Assembly: GCA_964016885.1 (NCBI GenBank)
Contig: OZ024740.1
Span: forward strand, 12,772,001 to 12,836,000
Source: Eledone cirrhosa
Lineage: Eukaryota
Direction: 5' to 3'
DNA: 64,000 nt
Shown here: piece after piece, positions 54,001 through 64,000 of the stretch
Numbering within the stretch: the first letter of the stretch is position 1
Layout: every line of letters starts with the position of its first letter
Translations under genes and position numbers: made by a program
Notes under the pieces: generated by a model
Told to the model about the DNA's origin: nothing
What the model saw: only the letters and a program-made list of their open reading frames with translations
Databases searched by the model: none

Positions 54001-57000
54001 TCTAAAATCTTGTCACTAGTCTAATGTCTCTAGTCTAATGTCTTGTCTCTAGTCTAATGTCTTGTCTCTAGACTAATGTCTTGTCTCTAGTCTAATGTCT
54101 CTAGTCTAATGTCTTGTCTCTAGTCTAATATCTTGTCTCTAGTCTAATGTCTTGTCTCTAGTCTAATGTCTCTAGTCTAATGTCTTGTTTCTAGTCTAAT
54201 GTCTCTAGTCTAATGTCTTGTCTCTAATCTAATATCTTGTCTCTAGTCTAATGTCTCTAGTCTAATGTCTTGTCTCTAGTCTAATGTCTCTAGTCTAATG
54301 TCTTGTCTCTAGTCTAATATCTTGTCTCTAGTCTAATGTCTCTAGTCTAATGTCTTGTCTCTAGTCTAATATCTTGTCTCTAGTCTAATGTCTCTAGTCT
54401 AATGTCTTATCTCTAGTCTAATATCTTGTCTCTAGTCTAATGTCTCTAGTCTAATGTCTCTCGTCTAATGTCTTGTCTCTAGTCTAATATTTTGTCTCTA
54501 GTCTAATGTCTCTAGTCTAATGTCTTGTCTCTAGTCTAATGTCTCTAGTCTAATGTCTTGTCTCTAGTCTAATGTCTCTAGTCTAATGTCTTGTCTCTAG
54601 TCTAATATCTTGTCTCTAGTCTAATGTCTCTAGTCTAATGTCTTGTCTCTAGTCTAATGTCTTGTCTCTAGTCTAATATCTTGTCTCTAGTCTAATGTCT
54701 GTAGTCTAATGTCTTGTCTCTAGTCTAATATCTTGTCTCTAGTCTAATGTCTCTAGTCTAATGTCTTGTCTCTAGTCTAATGTCTTGTCTCTAGTCTAAT
54801 GTCTTGTCTCTAGTCTAACGTCTTGTCTCTAGTCTAATGTCTCTGGTCTAATGTCTCTAGTGTAATGTCTTGTCTCTAGTCTAATGTCTTGTCTCTAATC
54901 TAATGTCTTGTCTCTAGTCTAATGTCTCTAGTCTAATGTCTTGTCTCTAGTCTAATATCTTGTCTCTAGTCTAATGTCTCTAGTCTAATGTCTTGTCTCT
55001 AGTCTAATATCTTGTCTCTAGTCTAATGTCTTGTCTCTAGTCTAATGTCTCTAGTCTAATGTCTTGTCTCTAGTCTAACGTCTTGTCTCTAGTCTAATGT
55101 CTCTAGTGTAATGTCTTGTCTCTAGTCTAATGTCTTGTCTCTAGTCTAACGTCTTGTCTCTAGTCTAATGTCTCTAGTCTAATATCTTGTCTCTAGTCTA
55201 ATGTCTCTAGTCTAATATCTTGTCACTAGTCTAATGTTTTTAGTCTAATATCTTGTCTCTAGTCTAACGTCTTGTCTCTAGTCTAATGTCTCTTCTAATA
55301 TCTTGTCTCTAGTCTAATGTCTCTAGTCTAATATCTTGTCACTAGTCTAATGTCTCTAGTCTAATGTCTTGACTCTAGTCTAATGTCTTGTCTCTAGTAT
55401 AATGTCTCTAGTCTAATGTCTTGTCTCTAGTCTAATATCTTGTCTCTAGTCTAATATCTTGTCTCTAGTTTAATGTCTCTAGTCTAATGTCTTGTTTCTA
55501 GTCTAATGTCTCTAGTCTAACGTCTTGTCTCTAGTCTAATGTCTCTTCTAATATCTTGTCTCTAGTCTAATGTCTCTAGTCTAATGTCTTGTCTCTAGTC
55601 TAATGTCTTGTCTCTAGTATAATGTCTCTAGTCTAATGTCTTGTCTCTAGTCTAATATCTTGTCTCTAGTCTAATATCTTGTCTCTAGTCTAATGTCTCT
55701 AGTCTAATGTCTTGTTTCTAGTCTAATGTCTCTAGTCTAATGTCTTGTCTCTAGTCTAATATCTTGTCTCTAGTCTAATGTCTCTAGTCTAATGTCTTGT
55801 CTCTAGTCTAATGTCTCTAGTCTAATGTCTTGTCTCTAGTCTAATATCTTGTCTCTAGTCTAATGTCTTTAGTCTAATGTCTTGTCTCTAGTCTAATATC
55901 TTGTCTCTAGTCTAATGTCTCTAGTCTAATGTCTTGTCTCTAGTCTAATGTCTCTAGTCTAATGTCTTGTCTCTAGTCTAATGTCTTGTCTCTAGTCTAA
56001 TGTCTTGTCTCTAGTCTAATGTCTCTAGTCTAATGTCTTGTCTCTAGTCTAACGTCTTGTCTCTAGTCTAATGTCTCTGGTCTAATGTCTCTAGTGTAAT
56101 GTCTTGTCTCTAGTCTAATGTCTTGTCTCTAATCTAATATCTTGTCTCTAGTCTAATGTCTTGTCTCTAGTCTAATGTCTCTAGTCTAATGTCTTGTTTC
56201 TAGTCTAATGTCTCTAGTCTAATGTCTTGTCTCTAGTCTAATATCTTGTCTCTAGTCTAATGTCTTGTCTCTAGTCTAATGTCTCTAGTCTAATGTCTTG
56301 TCTCTAGTCTAACGTCTTGTCTCTAGTCTAATGTCTCTAGTGTAATGTCTTGTCTCTAGTCTAATGTCTTGTCTCTAGTCTAACGTCTTGTCTCTAGTCT
56401 AATGTCTCTAGTCTAATATCTTGTCTCTAGTCTAATGTCTCTAGTCTAATATCTTGTCACTAGTCTAATGTCTCTAGTCTAATATCTTGTCTCTAGTCTA
56501 ACGTCTTGTCTCTAGTCTAATGTCTCTTCTAATATCTTGTCTCTAGTCTAATGTCTCTAGTCTAATGTCTTGTCTCTACTCTAATGTCTTGTCTCTAGAA
56601 TAAAGTCTCTAGTCTAATGTCTTGTCTCTAGTCTAATGTCTTGTCTCTAGTCTAATATCTTGTCTCTAGTCAAATGTCTCTAGTCTAATGTCTTGTCTCT
56701 AGTCTAATATCTTGTCTCTAGTCTAATGTCTCTAGTCTAATGTCTTGTCTCTAGTCTAATGTCTCTAGTCTAATGTCTTGTCTCTAGTCTAATGTCTGTA
56801 GTCTAATGTCTTGTCTCTAGTCTAATATCTTGTCTCTAGTCTAATGTCTTGTCTCTAGTCTAATGTCTCTAGTCTAATGTCTTGTTTCTAGTCTAATGTC
56901 TCTAGTCTAATGTCTTGTCTCTAGTCTAATATCTTGTCTCTAGTCTAATGTCTCTAGTCTAATGTCTTGTCTCTAGTAGTCTAATGTCTCTAGTCTAATG

Positions 57001-60000
57001 TCTTGTCTCTAGTCTAATATCTTGTCTCTAGTCTAATGTCTTGTCTCTAGTCTAATGTCTCTAGTCTAATGTCTTGTCTCTAGTCGAACGTCTTGTCTCT
57101 AGTCTAATGTCTCTAGTGTAATGTCTTGTCTCTAGTCTAATGTCTTGTCTCTAGTCTAACGTCTTGTCTCTAGTCTAATGTCTCTAGTCTAATATCTTGT
57201 CTCTAGTCTAATGTCTCTAGTCTAATATCTTGTCACTAGTCCAATGTCTCTAGTCTAATATATTGTCTCTAGTCTAACGTCTTGTCTCTAGTCTAATGTC
57301 TCTAGTCTAATATCTTGTCTCTAATCTAATGTCTCTAGTCTAAAATCTTGTCACTAGTCTAATGTCTCTAGTCTAATGTCTTGTCTCTAGTCTAATGTCT
57401 TGTCTCTAGTCTAATGTCTTGTCTCTAGTCTAATGTCTCTAGTCTAATGTCTTGTCTCTAGTCTAATATCTTGTCTCTAGTCTAATGTCTTGTCTCTAGT
57501 CTAATGTCTCTAGTCTAATGTCTCTAGTCTAATGTCTTGTTTCTAGTCTAATGTCTCTAGTCTAATGTCTTGTCTCTAATCTAATATCTTGTCTCTAGTC
57601 TAATGTCTCTAGTCTAATGTCTTGTCTCTAGTCTAATGTCTCTAGTCTAATGTCTTGTCTCTAGTCTAATATCTTGTCTCTAGTCTAATGTCTCTAGTCT
57701 AATGTCTTGTCTCTAGTCTAATATCTTGTCTCTAGTCTAATGTCTCTAGTCTAATGTCTTGTCTCTAGTCTAACGTCTTGTCTCTAGTCTAATGTCTCTA
57801 GTCTAATATCTTGTCTCTAGTCTAATGTCTCTAGTCTAATATCTTGTCACTAGTCTAATGTCTCTAGTCTAATATCTTGTCTCTAGTCTAACGTCTTGTC
57901 TCTAGTCTAATGTCTCTTCTAATATCTTGTCTCTAGTCTAATGTCTCTAGTCTAATATCTTGTCACTAGTCTAATGTCTCTAGTCTAATGTCTTGACTCT
58001 AGTCTAATGTCTTGTCTCTAGTATAATGTCTCTAGTCTAATGTCTTGTCTCTAGTCTAATATCTTGTCTCTAGTCTAATATCTTGTCTCTAGTCTAATGT
58101 CTCTAGTCTAATGTCTTGTTTCTAGTCTAATGTCTCTAGTCTAACGTCTTGTCTCTAGTCTAATGTCTCTTCTAATATCTTGTCTCTAGTCTAATGTCTC
58201 TAGTCTAATGTCTTGTCTCTAGTCTAATGTCTTGTCTCTAGTATAATGTCTCTAGTCTAATGTCTTGTCTCTAGTCTAATATCTTGTGTCTAGTCTAATA
58301 TCTTGTCTCTAGTCTAATGTCTCTAGTCTAATGTCTTGTTTCTAGTCTAATGTCTCTAGTCTAATGTCTTGTTTCTAGTCTAATATCTTGTCTCTAGTCT
58401 AATGTCTCTAGTCTAATGTCTTGTCTCTAGTCTAATGTCTCTAGTCTAATGTCTTGTCTCTAGTCTAATATCTTGTCTCTAGTCTAATGTCTCTAGTCTA
58501 ATGTCTTGTCTCTAGTCTAATATCTTGTCTCTAGTCTAATGTCTCTAGTCTAATGTCTTGTCTCTAGTCTAATGTCTCTAGTCTAATGTCTTGTCTCTAG
58601 TCTAATGTCTTGTCTCTAGTCTAATATCTTGTCTCTAGTCTAATGTCTTGTCTCTAGTCTAATGTCTCTAGTCTAATGTCTTGTTTCTAGTCTAATGTCT
58701 CTAGTCTAATGTCTTGTCTCTACTCTAATATCTTGTCTCTAGTCTAATGTCTTGTCTCTAGTCTAATGTCTCTAGTCTAATGTCTTGTCTCTAGTCTAAC
58801 GTCTTGTCTCTAGTCTATATCTCTAGTGTAATGTCTTGACTCTAGTCTAATGTCTTGTCTCTAGTCTAACGTCTTGTCTCTCGTCTAATGTCTCTAGTCT
58901 AATATCTTGTCTCTAGTCTAATGTCTCTAATCTAATATCTTGTCACTAGTCTAATGTCTCTAGTCTAATATCTTGTCACTAGTCTAATGTCTGATCTCTA
59001 GTCTAATGTCTTGTATCTAGTCTAATGTCTTGTCTCTAGTCTAATGTCTTGTCTCTAGTCTAACGTCTTGTCTCTAGTCTAATGTCTCTAGTCTAATATC
59101 TTGTCTCTAGTCTAATGTCTCTAGTCTAATATCTTGTCACTAGTCTAATGTCTCTAGTCTAATATCTTGTCTCTAGTCTAACGTCTTGTCTCTAGTCTAA
59201 TGTCTCTTCTAATATCTTGTCTCTAGTCTAATGTCTCTAGTCTAATATCTTGTCACTAGTCTAATGTCTCTAGTCTAATGTCTTGACTCTAGTCTAATGT
59301 CTTGTCTCTAGTATAATGTCTCTAGTCTAATGTCTTGTCTCTAGTCTAATATCTTGTCTCTAGTCTAATATCTTGTCTCTAGTCTAATGTCTCTAGTCTA
59401 ATGTCTTGTTTCTAGTCTAATGTCTCTAGTCTAACGTCTTGTCTCTAGTCTAATGTCTCTTCTAATATCTTGTCTCTAGTCTAATGTCTCTAGTCTAATG
59501 TCTTGTCTCTAGTCTAATGTCTTGTCTCTAGTATAATGTCTCTAGTCTAATGTCTTGTCTCTAGTCTAATATCTTGTGTCTAGTCTAATATCTTGTCTCT
59601 AGTCTAATGTCTCTAGTCTAATGTCTTGTTTCTAGTCTAATGTCTCTAGTCTAATGTCTTGTTTCTAGTCTAATATCTTGTCTCTAGTCTAATGTCTCTA
59701 GTCTAATGTCTTGTCTCTAGTCTAATGTCTCTAGTCTAATGTCTTGTCTCTAGTCTAATATCTTGTCTCTAGTCTAATGTCTCTAGTCTAATGTCTTGTC
59801 TCTAGTCTAATATCTTGTCTCTAGTCTAATGTCTCTAGTCTAATGTCTTGTCTCTAGTCTAATGTCTCTAGTCTAATGTCTTGTCTCTAGTCTAATGTCT
59901 CTAGTCTAATGTCTTGTCTCTAGTCTAATGTCTTGTCTCTAGTCTAATATCTTGTCTCTAGTCTAATGTCTTGTCTCTAGTCTAATGTCTCTAGTCTAAT

Positions 60001-60950
60001 GTCTTGTTTCTAGTCTAATGTCTCTAGTCTAATGTCTTGTCTCTACTCTAATATCTTGTCTCTAGTCTAATGTCTTGTCTCTAGTCTAATGTCTCTAGTC
60101 TAATGTCTTGTCTCTAGTCTAACGTCTTGTCTCTAGTCTATATCTCTAGTGTAATGTCTTGACTCTAGTCTAATGTCTTGTCTCTAGTCTAACGTCTTGT
60201 CTCTCGTCTAATGTCTCTAGTCTAATATCTTGTCTCTAGTCTAATGTCTCTAATCTAATATCTTGTCACTAGTCTAATGTCTCTAGTCTAATATCTTGTC
60301 ACTAGTCTAATGTCTGATCTCTAGTCTAATGTCTTGTATCTAGTCTAATGTCTTGTCTCTAGTCTAATGTCTTGTCTCTAGTCTAATGTCTTGTCTCTAG
60401 TCTAATGTCTCTAGTCTAATGTCTTGTCTCTAGTCTAATGTCTTGTCTCTAGTCTAATGTCTTGTCTCTAGTCTAATGTCTCTAGTCTAATGTCTCTAGT
60501 CTAATATGTTGTCTCTAGTCTAAGACTTGTCTCTAGCCTAATGTCTTGTCTCTAATCTAATATCTTGTCTCTAGTCTAATGTCTTGTCTCTAGTCTAATG
60601 TCTTGACTCTAGTCTAATGTCTTGTCTCTAGTGTAATGTCTCTAGACTATCTAGTCTAATGTCTCTAGGCTAATGTCCTGTCTCTAGTCTAATGTCACTA
60701 GTCTAATGTCTTGTGTCTAGTCTAATGTCTCTAGTCTAATGTCTTGACTCTAGTTAAATATCTTGTCTCTAGTCTAATGACTCTAGTCTAATGTCTTGTC
60801 TCTAGTCTAATGTCTTGTCTCTAGTCTAATGTCTCTAGTCTAATGTCTTGTCTCTATTCTAATGTCTTGTCTCTAGTCTAATGTCTCTAGTCTAATGTCT
60901 TGTCTCTAGTCTAATGACTTGTCTCTAGTATAATGTCTTGTCTCTAGTCT
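46900..60950. repeat. Higher-order repeat block D: ~7.0-kb tandem duplication (offset drifts 6949 to 6968 to 7131 to 7164)
   Basis: GTCCAA at 46952/53901. Offset 6968: GTTTTTAG 48268/55236, AATAAAG 49631/56599, TAGTAG insertion monomer 50001/56969, GTCGAA 50115/57083. TGATCTC at 51861/58992 and 53151/60315; CTAAGAC (G at 53360/60524). Confidence 0.9.
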
Positions 60951-63100
60951 AATGTCTCTAGTCTAATGACTTGTCTCTACTCTAATGTCTTGTCCCTAGT
61001 CTAATGTCTGTAGTCTAATGTCTTGTCTCTAGTCTAATGTCTTGTCTCTAGTATAATGTCTTGTCTCTAGTATAATGTCTCTAGTCTAATATCTTGTCTC
61101 TAGTCTAATGTCTTGTCTCTAGTTTAATATCTCTAGTCTAATGTCTTGTCTCTAGTCTAATGTCTCTAGTCTAATGTCTTGTCTATAGTCTAATGTTTGT
61201 CTCTAGTCTAATATCTCTAGTCTAATGTCTCTCGTCTAATGTCTTGTCTCTAGTCTAATGTCTTGTCTCTAGTCTAATGTCTCTAGTCTAATATCTTGTC
61301 TCTAGTCTAACGTCTTGTTTCTAGTCTAATGTCTCTAGTCAAACGTCTTGTCTCTAGTCTAATGTCTCTAGTCTAATGTCTCTAGTCTAATGTCTTGTAT
61401 CTAGTCTCATGTCTTGTCTCTATTCTAATGTCTCTAGTCTAATGTCTTGTCTCTAGTCTAATGTCTCTAGTCTAATGTCTCTAGGCTAATGTCTTGTCTC
61501 TAGTCTAATGTCTCTAGTCTAATGTCTTGTCTCTAGTCTAATATCTTGTCTCTAGTCTAATGTCTTGTCTCTAGTCTAATGTCTCTAGTCTAATGTCTTC
61601 TCTCTAGTCTAATGTCTCTAGTCTAATGTCTCTAGGCTAATGTCTTGTCTCTAGTCTAATGTCTCTAGTCTAATGTCTCTAGGCTAATGTTTTGTCTCTA
61701 GTCTAATGTCTCTAGTCTAATGTCTTGTCTCTAGTCTAATGTCTCTACTCTAATGTCTCTAGTCTAATGTCTTGTCTCTAGTCTAATGTCTTGTCTCTAG
61801 TCTAATGTCTTGTCTCTAGTCTAATGTCTCTAGTCTAATGTCTTGTCTCTAGTCTAATGTCTTTAGTCTCATGTCTCTAGTCTAATGTCTTGTCTCTAGT
61901 CTAATGTCTTGTCCCTCGTCTAATGTCTCTAGTCTAATGTCTTGTCTCTAGTCTAATATCTTGTCTCTAGTCTAATGTCTTGACTCTAGTCTAATGTCTC
62001 TAGTCTAATGTCTTGTCTCTAGTCTAATGTCTCTAGTCTAATGTCTTGTCTCTAGTCTAATGTCTTGTCTCTAGTCTAATGTCTTGTCTCTAATCTAATG
62101 TCTCTAGTCTAATGTCTTGTCTCTAGTCTAATGTCTTGTCTCTAGTCTAATGTCTCTAGTCTAATGTCTTGTCTCTATTATAATGTCTCTAGTCTAATAT
62201 GTTGTCTCTTGTCTAATGACTTGTCTCTAGCCTAATGTCTTGTCTCTAGTCTAATATCTTGTCTCTAGTCTAATGTCTTGTCTCTAGTCTAATGTCTTGA
62301 ATCTAGTCTAATGTCTTGTCTCTAGTCTAATATCTCGTCTCTAGTCTAATGTCCCTAGTCTAATGTCTTGTATCTAGTCTAATGTCTCTAGTCTAATGTC
62401 TTGTCTCTAGTATAATGTCTTGTCTCTAGTCTAATGTCTCTAGTCTAATGTCTCTAGTCTAATGTCTTGTCTCTAGTCTAATGTCTTTAGTCTAATGTCT
62501 TGTCTCTAGTCTAATGTCTCTAGTCTAATGTCTTGTCTCTAGTCTAATGTCTTGTCTCTAGTCTAATGTCTCTAGTCTAATGTCTTGTCTCTAGTATAAT
62601 GTCTCTAGTCTAATATGTTGTCTCTAGTCTAATGACTTGTCTCTAGCCTAATGTCTTGTCTCTAGTCTAATATCTTGTCTCTAGTCTAATGTCTTGTCTC
62701 TAGTATAATGTCTTGTCTCTAGTATAATGTCTCTAGTCTAATATCTTGTCTCTAGTCTAATGTCTTGTCTCTAGTTTAATATCTCTAGTCTAATGTCTTG
62801 TCTCTAGTCTAATGTCTCTAGTCTAATGTCTTGTCTATAGTCTAATGTTTGTCTCTAGTCTAATATCTCTAGTCTAATGTCTCTCGTCTAATGTCTTGTC
62901 TCTAGTCTAATGTCTTGTCTCTAGGCTAATGTCTCTAGACTAATGTCTTGTCTCTAGTCTAACGTCTTGTTTCTAGTCTAATGTCTCTAGTCAAACGTCT
63001 TGTCTCTAGTCTAATGTCTCTAGTCTAATGTCTCTAGTCTAATGTCTTGTATCTAGTCTCATGTCTGTCTCTAGTCTAATGTCTCTAGGCTAATGTCTTG
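60500..63100. repeat. Diverged sub-domain of the satellite with an internal duplication at offset 1652
   Basis: Visibly higher density of substitutions and indels (TAAGAC, AGCCT, AGACTATCTAG, AGGCT, GTTAAAT, TGAATC, TATTATAA). The 18-mer TAATGTTTGT at 61191/62843 and AAACG at 61341/62993 are both offset 1652. Confidence 0.85.
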
Positions 63101-63119
63101 TCTCTAGTCTAATGTCTCT

Positions 63120-64000
63120 AGTCTAATGTCTTGTCTCTAGTCTAATATCTTGTCTCTAGTCTAATGTCTTGTCTCTAGTCTAATGTCTCTAGTCTAATGT
63201 CTTGTTTCTAGTCTAATGTCTCTAGTCTAATGTCTTGTCTCTACTCTAATATCTTGTCTCTAGTCTAATGTCTTGTCTCTAGTCTAATGTCTCTAGTCTA
63301 ATGTCTTGTCTCTAGTCTAACGTCTTGTCTCTAGTCTATATCTCTAGTGTAATGTCTTGACTCTAGTCTAATGTCTTGTCTCTAGTCTAACGTCTTGTCT
63401 CTCGTCTAATGTCTCTAGTCTAATATCTTGTCTCTAGTCTAATGTCTCTAATCTAATATCTTGTCACTAGTCTAATGTCTCTAGTCTAATATCTTGTCAC
63501 TAGTCTAATGTCTGATCTCTAGTCTAATGTCTTGTATCTAGTCTAATGTCTTGTCTCTAGTCTAATGTCTTGTCTCTAGTCTAACGTCTTGTCTCTAGTC
63601 TAATGTCTCTAGTCTAATATCTTGTCTCTAGTCTAATGTCTCTAGTCTAATATCTTGTCACTAGTCTAATGTCTCTAGTCTAATATCTTGTCTCTAGTCT
63701 AACGTCTTGTCTCTAGTCTAATGTCTCTTCTAATATCTTGTCTCTAGTCTAATGTCTCTAGTCTAATATCTTGTCACTAGTCTAATGTCTCTAGTCTAAT
63801 GTCTTGACTCTAGTCTAATGTCTTGTCTCTAGTATAATGTCTCTAGTCTAATGTCTTGTCTCTAGTCTAATATCTTGTCTCTAGTCTAATATCTTGTCTC
63901 TAGTCTAATGTCTCTAGTCTAATGTCTTGTTTCTAGTCTAATGTCTCTAGTCTAACGTCTTGTCTCTAGTCTAATGTCTCTTCTAATATCTTGTCTCTAG
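63120..64000. repeat. Return to homogeneous array: copy of about 58600-59480
   Basis: The ordered markers CTACTCT, CTATATC, TTGACTC, CTCTCGT, CTAATCT, TGATCTC (63513 vs 58992, offset 4521) and TGTATCT recur. Confidence 0.85.

Larger units (their letters stand above)
1..64000. repeat. Tandem satellite array of interspersed 19-bp (GTCTAATRTCTTGTCTCTA) and 14-bp (GTCTAATGTCTCTA) monomers, roughly 3,700 monomers (estimate from ~17 bp mean length); extends beyond both window edges
   Basis: Every line parses into these monomers with only scattered substitutions or 1-4 bp indels. No unique sequence and no orientation switch seen. Minus-strand reading is TAGAGAC-AAGAC-ATTAGAC / TAGAGAC-ATTAGAC. Confidence 0.99.

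Noticed and set aside
1-64000. Protein-coding repeat ORF on either strand
   Set aside because: Each monomer carries TAA and TAG on the + strand and two TAG on the - strand. For 19+19 and 14+19 combinations all three frames on each strand close within about two monomers, so ORFs cannot exceed a few tens of bases.
1-64000. CRISPR array or other repeat-spacer system
   Set aside because: There are no unique spacers between repeats, the monomers abut directly and are shorter than typical CRISPR repeats, and there is no leader or cas gene.
1-64000. Telomerase-synthesised heterogeneous telomeric tract (14/19 alternation by template slippage)
   Set aside because: Neither strand has G-runs. Monomer order and point variants are copied faithfully over kilobases, which indicates DNA-level duplication and not de novo templated addition. 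A satellite-capped or subtelomeric location cannot be excluded.
1-64000. Information-bearing binary code in the 14/19 order
   Set aside because: The pattern is adequately explained by nested tandem duplications, and nothing in the sequence indicates a reader or a function.
1-64000. Assignment to Drosophila AAGAC/AATAGAC satellites or any specific taxon
   Set aside because: Only 5-7 bp words are shared. Those satellites are simple homogeneous repeats, unlike this compound monomer, so the similarity is insufficient for assignment.
1-64000. Pure sequencing or assembly artefact, or rolling-circle concatemer
   Set aside because: There is no single fixed period, and duplicated blocks carry hierarchical shared and private variants consistent with evolution. 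The copy number of individual near-identical blocks could still be mis-assembled.
1-64000. Inversions, hairpins or embedded mobile-element insertions
   Set aside because: No reverse-orientation monomers or foreign sequence were seen. Palindromes are limited to short junction motifs such as CTAG, ACTAGT and TCTAGA.

Overview
The whole 64,000-bp window is one uninterrupted, single-orientation tandem satellite (minisatellite-type) array. It contains no genes, RNA genes, transposons, CRISPR array or unique sequence. It is built from two related monomers: a 19-mer GTCTAAT(G/A)TCTTGTCTCTA and a 14-mer GTCTAATGTCTCTA (the 19-mer lacking the 5-bp unit GTCTT). Both are assembled from three GTCT-initiated sub-units (GTCTAAT, GTCTT, GTCTCTA). 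GC is about 36% and the + strand is about 65% pyrimidine (computed from the monomers). TAA/TAG stops close all six frames within about two monomers. Rare variant monomers act as barcodes and reveal a nested higher-order structure: 33/52-bp local motifs, recurrent cassettes of about 0.2-1 kb, and kilobase-scale tandem duplications whose period changes along the array (about 5.0 kb with an internal 2035-bp duplication, 1767 bp, 5239/4275 bp, about 4.5 kb, about 7.0 kb, 1652 bp). A more diverged zone lies at about 60.5-63.1 kb, with a partial copy at about 53.3-53.8 kb. This is most consistent with eukaryotic heterochromatic (pericentromeric, centromeric or subtelomeric) satellite DNA. I cannot identify the organism or a named family, and I see no evidence for a protein-coding or otherwise novel functional system. 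The interest lies in the array architecture. Offsets were counted by hand from marker variants and block boundaries are approximate.
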